NCBI GenBank assembly: GCA_951406725.2
Contig: OX597817.1
Span: forward strand, 118,420,001-118,484,000
Origin: Octopus vulgaris
Taxonomy: Eukaryota
Direction of reading: 5' to 3'
DNA: 64,000 nt
Shown here: positions 53,631 to 64,000 of the stretch, one piece after another
How the letters are laid out: every line of letters begins with the position of its first letter
Numbering within the stretch: the first letter of the stretch is position 1
Notes under the pieces: generated by a model
The model's input: the letters and a program-made list of their open reading frames with translations, nothing else
What the model was told of the DNA's origin: nothing
The model's database searches: none
Translations under genes and position numbers: made by a program

Positions 53631-54625
53631 TTATTAGCGAAGGCGGAGGTATTGTTTTCGGTCGTGTTTGTTCGTTTGTCCGTGAATAATATACCTCAAG
53701 AACCGCTGGATGGATTCGGATGAAAGTTTCAGGGATGTTTAGCCTCGTGACTAGCACGACCTGGTTAGATTCTGGGATCGATCCGGTACTGGACAAGGAT
53801 TCGGGATTATTTTTTGTTATATTTACTTTACTTTACATGATGTATTACGATCTTAAGGACTTTCAAGTCTTTCTCTGATTATCTCCCTTGAATGCGCATT
53901 GATATTTTCCACGTAAACTATGGTGGCATTGCTACTACTAAATATTTATTTTCGTTTCTCTATTCTTAATTTTACTCGTGTCTCTATCTTAGTAGAAACT
54001 GATGGATAAAGAAATCAAACTACATAAACGATCGGTAGCGAAACTGTTCAGAATTTAAATAACACTAACATATTCAATAACAATCATATTTTTAGTTTTA
54101 CCAATTTTGAATATATCGCTCCTGTTTAAAACCTCTACCTACTTGACAAGCGAACTTCTAGCTCTGCCTTGAAGGAAGCTTTACTTCTTGAACTCACGTT
54201 TTTGGGCGCCACGATGTTGTAAAACCTCCGTTAAAAACACCGTAAGAAGGTCCTTAGCGGATAAAGTTTTCACTATAGACCTTAATGGTCGTAAAGACAC
54301 TATATCAGACTTTAAAATGCCTGCATAGAGAAAACTGTCCCTGTTCCCACTGCAGACGATGCACACACAGTATTACAAACATAGCCTGCACACCCACCCT
54401 CACATTGCATGACTGCCATTGGGATCGATCAGGTACCGGACAAGGATTCTGGATTATTCTTCCGTTTTTTTTAAATTAATTTTTGTGAGCGGTCGGGTTC
54501 ATTTTTAGTATTCTCGTTTGTGAGAGCAGTCGAGTTTACTTCAGATATTTTCATTTTAAAAATCATATCCGGCTAATTGTTGAGTAGACGTTGGCGGAGG
54601 TTTGCGCCCTTTGAGTGCTCTTGTT
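53631..54625 (+). mobile_element. Non-autonomous Helentron-type element (HINE/DINE-like)
   Basis: 5' ttatta..ggcggaggt + gtttg-type microsatellite; 3' ggcggaggt + hairpin gcgccctttgagtgc + T-rich flank; internal ~38-bp direct repeat at 53773 and 54421. Confidence 0.7.
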
Positions 54626-56923
54626 ATTTTTTTCTGACACATATCCAGTATAATCAATTTTTAGAACGTTGCCCTGAAAGTAATGTAAAGATGAGTATAA
54701 CTTCTTTATTAAATGGCAAACGTTGTTCAGATTGCACAGGATACTAGGTTACATCTTCTAAGCAATTGTTTTTCTTGTATTTTATTGCAGGCATATAATG
54801 GATTCCAAGCAGAAATAATGCACCGTTATCGAGATCTTGACTAAAGAATGGTACAGATTCTCTGTCATCCACGAAAGGCAACATGTTGTTAGCGAAGCTG
54901 AAAACAATAAACAATAGCAATGCGTACATATGGATGAAGTTTAAAGAAGGGAATCTAGCTCTGAAGACAAATATCGCAAATAGACACAAAAAACATCGAC
55001 CAATGTCATGAATTGCCAGCGAATGGACTAAATAATTTGCGTGAATAAATGGGTCACACTCCGTGATCTTGCTCCACAACTACTTTGGGGTCACAACGCA
55101 TTACAGAAAACACCAGAAATTATGTGCAAAATGTGCATCTCGACAGTTCACATCCGATTTGAACGTGGCAGCACTGAGAATAGCGAATATATTAAAACAC
55201 TCAGAAAGACTTAAGTATATCTATTCCCATTGACCATAACACTTAACGGTTATTCATGTATTTAATAAAAATCAGGCAACCGACAGATTGTGCTGCTCAG
55301 TGGCCTTTACCTATCGTACAGTCCGAATCTAGCTCCCCTTTCTTGCAGTCCTTTTAATCCAGCGAAGAACAGTCTTCAGAGGCAATTATTTAATGAAGAA
55401 GACTAGTGGTAATGGTTGTAAAGAAGTAGATACAACAGTGCACATCTCAAAGTTTTCAAAAGGGATTCGTGAGTTGGGTTCATCTATGTTACGGATGTAC
55501 AACTTGAGATGGAAATGATTTTGAATAGTATCTTTGCGTAAAGGAGGGTTTACACTACTGTGGCTTAAACTCTTATTATATGAATTTTTCCTTTGAAAAT
55601 AAGAATGTTGTATCACATATCTAAAGCTGGTAAAGTATTTCCAACGTACCCATACAGTAATAAAATAATATTATAGTTAATTATATGTTCGATTCGGTTC
55701 CATGATTAAGATTCTTTACTTCTTGACGAGGATTGAAAAATACAATAGATAACGCTTAAAATAGAAGAGAAAACAAGCGTATAATAAGTGTTATAGCTTC
55801 CAGATTCTTTTTCCAATTTGCTTTCATTGCGATCTGCAAAGACATTCACTCTATTTAAAGATCTGCGTGTTTTGAATAAAATACAGTTAGAAACGAAATT
55901 ATATGTTTCGTGGTTCCCTATAAACTTACAATCACCTTAGTTTTCGAAATAAGTATGGAATTTTCAGTTGCTACTATTATATATGCATATCACTCAGCGC
56001 CATTCCGAATAAGTAAGACGAGTGTGATGTATATTGTATCGCAAAGCCAAGTTGACAAAGGCATACGTGAAGAAGTGCTCCTATTACATGAAAGTAACCA
56101 TTAAATAGGTTTACTGTAAGAGAAAATATATTTAAGCAATCCTACTATATACACTCTCTATACATCTTGTGATTCGGTTGAAAGAGTTAGTGTTGCTTGA
56201 ACACAAAACCTTAATCATTTGCTGACACGGTCGAACAATCCCCTTTTTATCAGTTCTAAATACGAATCAATAAAATCGCTTAGTAAGTATGTTCTATAGT
56301 AATACGGTTTCTCTTACGTCTATTCAGAAAATTCAATTTTCCTACTCCAGTAGGAGAATTAAAAGTGCAGAGAAAAAAATCCAGCTGTATACTTATTCAA
56401 ATGTGCTAATAACATTTATCGACATCTTCAATACCTTTCAGATTGAAACCAAAATAAAATTCAATCCTTAAACGAAAATCTTCAGAAACAATTGTGAAAT
56501 GTTTTGTAATCTCGGTTGTATAAATATTAAGATTGATTATTCAATATATTTTTGCATTTTCCAATGAAAATCGAAGATAAAAATTCAACATTATAAAATC
56601 TAATTTATGAATAAATTTCCTTGTATAAAAAAATGATAAATTTACTTAAATAAAATCATCAAATTATTGGCTGCTTCACATAAAATATACGAGATGCCCA
56701 GAACATTACTATGAATATAATTATGATCAAAAAATGGTCTCAAGCCAAGTACTTTTGTCTTTGTAAACAAGCAATCAAACTTCCTAGTGAGGTAAAATTT
56801 TTTGAGAAATATTATTAGAAATGCATGGCATTGAAATCTGAAGTGACAGCATCTACGTCCATGCATATGTGTGTGAGTGTGCGTGTGTGTGTGTGTACAC
56901 AAACGCGTTCATGCTTGTATACA

Positions 56924-59640
56924 TCTCTCTATATATAAACGGCAGTTTGTCTGTCTGTGTGTCTGTCAGGTTGTACCCTCACCCTGACCACGGCTTTCAA
57001 TCGATTCTGATGAAACTTGACACACACATAGCCCAATGTCATAATTCAAAACTAACGCAGCGAAAATTTTGAAAAGTTCCCCCAGTTCTGAAAAAAATCG
57101 ATGAATTCGACATGGGGTCGAGAATCTAAGCCTTTCATATGCAACACATTTTCTGTTGTAGTTTTCGCAACTTGCAAACGATTTTCACCAAACTCATGGT
57201 GAAGCTTAATGTTACCCTAAGAAACTTAATTCTGACGTTAGTTTTCCATGCAATACCTTACCATCAGAAAAACTCGATAAAATCATGCAATTTTCGGAAA
57301 TCGCGTTCAAATTCAAGATGACATATTTTCGACAATATCTTTCAAAAATTGGCAGGAATTTGTTTTTAAATTCACAGCGAGCATCATGTCTGCTCCAAGG
57401 AGCTATATGGCCCTTTTGATTCCAATAGGATACTTTATTACTGGAAAAAATCGGTTAATTAAATCATATGTGGCACACATAGCAAACCGATTTGTGTATT
57501 AAACACAAACCACAGACTGTCTAGGGGACGCAATTCGACCTTTTTAACTCTCTTACTCTCCCAAATAACTATCAAACAGCTATCGATAATTCAACCCAAT
57601 TCCTACCAGGAAGAAATTACATTCGAAAATCCCGCCAAACCAGCAAGAATGCTTCTACCTCCGTCTCATTCTACATGAGGTCACTGGTCCAACAGATTTC
57701 GGAAATATATGTACCGTCAATGGGGTTCTGTGCGACACCTTCAGGGAAGCATGTATGAGACTTGGCATTCTAGAGGATGAGTCCCATTGGGACGCCACTA
57801 TGGCAGAGGGCGCTTTACTGCAAACGCCTTCGGCCCTACGACATCTTTTCGCAATCCTTCTTCAAAAATGTCAGCTTAGTGACCCACTAAGTCTTTGGAT
57901 GAAATACAGGGATGACATGTCGCAGGACTTCTTATGTACGGCTCAGCAACACTGCCCTTCCGTCGAGATCACGTTCACCAACTTCAATTTTGCACTTATT
58001 CAACTCGAAGACGCTGTCATCGATATGGGTGGCTCTGCTTTAACGGAGTACGGCCTTCTACCACCCACACGTGAACATGCCAATGTTATGTCTGCTGAAT
58101 TGTTACGCGAAACTTCCTACTACAATGAGGAACTGCACCAGTACGTCCAAGATAATGAACCACTAGTGCTTCCAGACCAGTGCATAGCCTACAACACCAT
58201 CGTAGACTCTGCCAGACAGTAACGTGGGGAGATTTACTTCCTTGACGCACCTGGCGGCACTGGCAAAATCTTCGTCACGAAACTAATTCTGGCGGAGGTC
58301 AGACGCAACACGGACATTGCCCTGGCCGTAGCTTTCTCTGGTATCGCGGCCACGTTGCTTCCGGGTGGCAGAACCGCCCACTCTGCCTTCAGACTCCCGC
58401 TCGATCTGATAAAGTCCGAGTCACCTACCTGCAACATCGCCAAGAACTCCAAACAGGCCGACATTCTGCGCAGATGTAAACTCATCGTATGGGACGAGTG
58501 CAATATGGCACACAAAGGCGCCCTTGAGGCACTGGACAGGTCCCTGCAAGACATCAGAGACTCTACGGCCCCCATGGGAGGATTGGCTTTACTTCTTTCA
58601 GGAGACTTCAGGCAGACTCTACCTGTTATTCCAAAAGGAACCCGTGCCGATGCCGGACACGCGTGCCTTAAGTCGTCAGCTCTTTGGGAACATGTGCGGC
58701 CCTTGCACCTCCAAACTAATATGCGCGCGCAGTTGATTGGTGACAGCGGATCCGCTGCATTCTCCAGGGACCTTTTATCGCTCGGTGAAAATAGGATGCC
58801 AGCTGATGCGGACGGCTGCGTTCAATTGGACTCACTTTGCACCACTGTCGACACCCCTGCTAAACTCCTGGATGCTGTCTTCCACGACCTACAAAACAAT
58901 TTACCTGACCTAAAATGGCTGGCAGGCAGAGCTATTCTCGCACCACGAAATACAACCGTCAACTCCATCAATATCCAGCTACTTGATGTCCACGTCTACA
59001 AATCTATAGATAGGACGGCAGACCCCGCCGAGCTTGCCGATTATCCAGTTGAATTCCTGAATCCACTTGAACCGCCAGGCCTGCCGCCACACATCCTGAA
59101 GTTAAAAGTCGGTGCGCCCATTATGCTCATCAGGAACTTGGTTCCACCTAAACAGTGCAACGGCACACATCTGGTTGGGAAACATTTGGCACCACATTTA
59201 ATAACGGCCACAATACTTACCGGTTGTGGGAAGGGAGAGGACGTCTTCATTGCACGCATGCACCTTCAACCGTCGGGCGCTGACCTACCATTCCACTTCA
59301 GGCGTTCTCAGTTTCTTGTTAAACTCTGCTTCGCAATGTCCATCAATAAATTCCAAGGCCAAACGCTACAAGTCGCTGGGTTACATTTGGTCGAACAGTG
59401 CTTTGCCCACGGTCAACTCTACGTGGGCTGTTCACGCGTTGGGAGGCGCAATGATGTTTTCATGTTTTCGCCCAAAAGGACAGCTAGGAACATCGTATAC
59501 ACAGAAGTATTCGAGTGAAGAGAAGACATTGCAACCTACACATGCACCTTCCTTCCCTAGAGGAAAAGGACTACTTTGGGATTAGTCGTTGCCTACTAGG
59601 GGTTCTTACATACCCGGGCAACGCCGAGCTATGCTGCTAG
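56924..59640 (+). mobile_element. Helitron, internally deleted (no Rep/HUH domain), termini intact
   Basis: A|TC start at 56924; 3' hairpin cccgggcaacgccgag then CTAG|T at 59640; helicase inside. Confidence 0.92.
57629..59518 (+). pseudogene. Helitron PIF1-family helicase, one reading frame with a single in-frame TAA (58220-58222)
   Basis: ECFYLRLIL..GPTDF, DAPGGTGKIF, LLPGGRTAHSAF, IVWDE, LLSGDFRQTLPV, FAMSINKFQGQTL, HGQLYVGCSRV. Confidence 0.93.
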
Positions 59641-59672
59641 TTTATACATATATGTAAATTCATACATATATA

Positions 59673-59769
59673 CAGTAATCCCTCGACTATCGCGGCTATT
59701 ACATTCCCAAACCCCTCGTGATAGGTGAAAATCCCTGAAGTAGAAAGAGTACTGTACTATGTCTATATA

Positions 59770-59818
<49 letters not shown>

Positions 59819-59923
59819 ATAATTTGTATATATTAATTTTATTATAAATACAAAAGAACACCATGGAGGAATCGACGCAAACTTAAATAATAAACTCCGA
59901 TAGGTGAGCCGCGACATGGCGAG
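59673..59923. mobile_element. pogo/Tigger-type MITE remnant
   Basis: TA-CAGTAATCCCTCGACTATCGCGG left end; partial right end ccgcgacatggcgag; subterminal gataggtga repeated. Confidence 0.65.
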
Positions 59924-59928
59924 TATTT

Positions 59929-59964
<36 letters not shown>

Positions 59965-61427
59965 ACACACACACACACGCTCACACACACAGACATAGTA
60001 ATAAAAACACAAACAGTAAGTGGCATTCTTAAGCTTTATATATCATACACGCTTTTCCACAAGTCGAATGTCGCTAGCACGCAAGCGGATTGAACTATAG
60101 TCAAAAATGATTCTCCTACTTCTTCGACATTATCACCAAAAATATGCCATACATACTTATTTACATACGTGCATACACACGTACCTAATATATTTATATG
60201 TACATATATATTTTTGCATGTGTGGGATGTTTGTGTGTATGTGTGTAAATATAAATATGAATTTACATTTATGCATAAATTCATACAAATATGAGCGCAT
60301 GTATAAATTGTGTGCGCGTGTCAAGATTGTAACTCCAAAAGTTCTTAAATACACATGAAATATATTCTTAAAGTACATAAAACGTATGATATATATGTGC
60401 ATGTGTCTATGTGTCTATGTGTAGACGCGTATGAGTATATATGACAGAGCTTACATGATATAAGCTCCCTATGTTTATCTTAGTATCCTCATCTTTCTTC
60501 GAGTGCTCTTATATATTGTGTAGAACGAAGCTCAGGAAAACCTTCAAGGGAAATATTCGTATTGTATGCAATGACGTTTTGTATTGAATTAAACGAATAA
60601 CTTTGTAATTTAATTTTTGTTTTCATCAGTTAGAAACAGAACAGAAGGCAGCTAAATTTGAAATGATATTTGTGTTTTGTTTATGGAAGATTCTTATCGA
60701 CTGACTGTCTGTAATTGTTATTTAATTGTCCACTGTGATAAATAGTAAATTTCTAATGTGAAAGACATGATAATATTCTGTTGACAGGATTCAGTTAACA
60801 ATGTGGCATTGTGTTTAGATATGAATAACCCTTGGCATGGAACAATATCTTCTTAAACGCTGATGTATACGTTGTTGTCCCTACATTATACTCATGCATA
60901 ATATCAGCTGATGCATGCTGGGAATAGCATAATAATGTGACAGGATCGATTATGCATATATTAATATGAAGAAACTTTAGAAATTTAGCTTAGATAAACA
61001 TAGCATATGACACAGATAAAGTTTCTCTTCAGTTGTTTTTGGGTCCTGATGGACTTTAGTATTCTGACATATATTTGAGCAAGATGTTTCTGCATTCGAA
61101 TTTTGTTGGATGGAATATGGAACATAAGCATGATATATAATATTGCCACTGATCTTCTTTCCTGTATTTCAAGGAAAAACGTTTTTCTAAGCAATGGAAA
61201 TAAGATCCCGGAAGCAATTTAATTTCATTATTCAATTCTCATAAAGAAATGTGCTCTTTTTCTTTTTAAAGTGCTCTGAAGTATCAACTTTCTAACTAAA
61301 GTACCTCATGCGATAAATTCTAACTTTCAATCCAAACTCGTATTTATATTCTCATGTAAGATAGAAATTATCTTACATAAATTAAATCGTTTTATAGGAA
61401 AATGGTACAAAATGGTTTAAACGTTTA

Positions 61428-61580
61428 ACGGCAGCGAACTGGCAATATCATGAGAAAGTTAGCTTCGCCTCTAGTCCCTCCAGGATCCAGAAAATAAAAT
61501 AAAGTGCCAGTCAAGTACTGGGATCGATAGTATTAACTATACCCCTTTCCCTTATAATTATTAGTCTTGTATCTAAATCA
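61428..61580 (+). mobile_element. Degenerate SINE family B (host of the following insertion)
   Basis: ggcagcgaactggca...aaagtgccagtcaagtactgggatcgat. Confidence 0.6.
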
Positions 61581-62181
61581 GTTTCAAAGGCTGTCATAGC
61601 CGGGAGTGGTAGCGGGGATAAGCTCCTACTGCCTAAAAAGTGCTCCCACGGCGTGCGTCGCAAGTAGCCTTTGTCAGTCAAGTCCAACTCCTGGCCTTCC
61701 CGCAGCGAAACTGTTCCCGCAGACAGGGAAAGGGGCAAAGGCGAGTCACTGGCGCCTTAAAACCAGTTGGTTCGGGTAGTTGGGACTCGATAGCCTTGAC
61801 TGACATCCCAACTAAGAGAGGGAAACTCTGATTTCAAGCCTCTACTGCCTTGCGGCAAGACCCCTTCAGGAGGAAGGCTAAGGGAGTAAACCCCGACAGA
61901 AAATTCGGAGCTGTAGTCCCTAAGGTGGCCTGACACAACACGTCATCACCGGCAACTCCTGCGACGCATCTGGTACCAAGCTGTATCGACCCGTCGTTCC
62001 CTTGGAGCTACCAGCTGCGTGGAGAGGGGGGATCAAACTGCATGGGCAACAGCTGATCCCCCATACAAACCTGTCGAGGCCTTGTAGCTCAACAGGAAGA
62101 GGTGCAGATAAACCCACCACTTTTCGGAACTACACCATCGTCTCTCGAGACGGACGGATGCCGACGACGACGACGACGACG
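61581..62181 (+). mobile_element. Complete 601-bp non-autonomous RTE-derived element (5' UTR-like body + 3' end, (GAC)n tail)
   Basis: Perfect 10-bp TSD atctaaatca (61571-80 / 62182-91); 3' end ccatcgtctctcgagacggacggatgcc(gac)n resembles the RTE 3' end at 39378-39410; GC-rich with no meaningful ORF. Confidence 0.85.
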
Positions 62182-63837
62182 ATCTAAATCAAACATTATT
62201 GCTTTAATTCTTTAGGAGACAACTCTTGAATTGTTATGGTGTTTTAGGAACATCCCGAGAAATAGATAGATTTTACGTTTCTTGCTGAAGAAGTGATGAC
62301 TGAATAACAGTAAATTTATTGTGCATGCCTGCTCTAGTTTACTGGGATTGCCTCTTGTATAGATTTTCTACATTAACCAGTGCACCCACTACTATTTACT
62401 TTTTAATCGATTTAAATATCAGTGTTCTCTCTTTTGACAGGTATTTTCTCAATACTAATTTCAATTGACCAAAAATTATTTTTGATTCATTTTATTAAGC
62501 AAATTTACTTTCATTTCGCTGCAACTTATTTACGCCGACGACACCCTTCAGCAATTTTCCATTATGCTTATTTTCTTACACATTATCTTCCATCACGACG
62601 TCATGAAGTATAGTGTAGTATATGCTTGACTGCAGCTGTTCATAGTACCTACGACATACGTTTTGTTGAACGACTAATAACTAGCGATTCAGCGAGTAAT
62701 AGTGTTTACTCACATCTTAATTGTCCACAGATTGTTATTTAGCGTATTTGATATATTAACATCACCTTATATATTGTTTGTATAAATTAGGCTCAACTAC
62801 GGCAAGTGTTTAATAATGTTTCCTATAATTATGAAAGAAATGCATTATAAAACATTATTTGACGCGTAAAAATCGTATTCAATTCAAAAGTTATATATTA
62901 TTTTGCCAATTTTAACTTTGATTAGTGGGAAAATGTCGTTACAGCTTGCGTTTGTCGGAAAGGTATATTCACTCTTTTGTTGAAACTATAGCTGAGTAAG
63001 GCAAACGAGAAAATTTGTGTCGGTATTAGTGATCTTCAAACAATATTTGCTAAAAAGGATATAGAAGATTTTGTTAAGTATACTATACATCATACTACGC
63101 TTTGCTTGCATCTCTAAGTCTTAAATTTTGGATGATCCGAATGAATAATCTCTTATTTACATGTCTATATGCAAATCAATGAAATCCCTTATGTAAGTAC
63201 GTTCTATAGTAATTTATTTTCTCTTATGTACATCCAGCAAATTCAATTTCACTAGTATATAACATCGGGGAATTTAAATTGCGGGAAAATAAAGTAAGTT
63301 CTATATTATTCAAATGTCTTGTATACATTTTAGATAACAATACAACTATTAAATGAAAATCATGAAAAAGTATTTTTATCGCTTTGTATTCTCGGATTTA
63401 TAAATATTAACATTGATAATCTAATTTTTAAAAGTGTTTTTTTCTTTTATTAAACTCGGTGGTAGAAATTTACTTTCCGTAAAATCTAATTTCAGATAAA
63501 GATTCCTTCTCTGTTCAATGACAAATTTATTGTTCGAGAAAATCAACAAATTCCTGATAGATTTATATAAATACATACAAAACTCATGTATATTCATACA
63601 AATATTTATACCATGCGAAAGCATCTACTTCAGGTTTTCTATAGTTCGTGAATAACGAACTCTTCAATGGTAACAACTACAACGAAGAAAACATTTCATG
63701 AACCAGATAACTACGCAGTACTGTGTTGATAACGTGAGATAACATAGTATGTGGTTGTGTATGTGCGTGTGTCCGAGCGCGTGTCAGTACATATATATGT
63801 ATGTATCAATGTTATGTATGTATGTATGTTATGTATG

Positions 63838-63911
<74 letters not shown>

Positions 63912-63914
<3 letters not shown>

Positions 63915-64000
63915 GCGCAGGAGTGGCTGTGTGGTAAGAAGAAGCTTGTTTCCCGTCCACATAGTTCCGGGTTCAGTCCCATTGCATGGCAGCTTGGGCA
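63912..64000 (+). mobile_element. SINE family A 5' end (cut by the window edge)
   Basis: ggcgcaggagtggctgtgtggtaag..ttccgggttcagtccc..ggcagcttgggca. Confidence 0.85.

Noticed and set aside
57005-57020. CTGATGAAAC as a hammerhead core (also isolated CTGATGA at ~3750)
   Set aside because: No stem II or suitably placed GAAA; the former is ordinary Helitron 5' sequence
61581-61830. HDV-like or twister ribozyme at the RTE 5' end
   Set aside because: Could not match the HDV L3/P1.1/catalytic C arrangement or twister conserved motifs by eye

Overview
AT-rich, microsatellite-saturated eukaryotic DNA with no convincing host protein-coding gene. The repeat families and composition suggest an octopus/cephalopod genome (inference). 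Most ORFs in the track are translated microsatellites. The real coding signal is all from transposons: several R4/Dong-type RLE LINEs sitting in (TAA)n arrays, a CR1-group LINE, an RTE 3' fragment nested in a DD37D (maT) transposon, a Penelope-like GIY-YIG remnant, and an internally deleted Helitron. There are also three tRNA-derived SINE families, MITEs and a Helentron-type element. The most striking feature is about nine minimal type-I hammerhead ribozyme motifs from several families, two with intact catalytic cores (41471-41552 and 30490-30540). Several have very long stem-II inserts or inverted partial copies. One family carries a tRNA-like Pol III cassette upstream of the hammerhead and is twice fused directly to R4/Dong sequence. 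A complete 601-bp non-coding RTE-derived element has a candidate kissing-loop RNA fold and shares a segment with a SINE in the same window. All calls are by eye; no database search or folding program was run.
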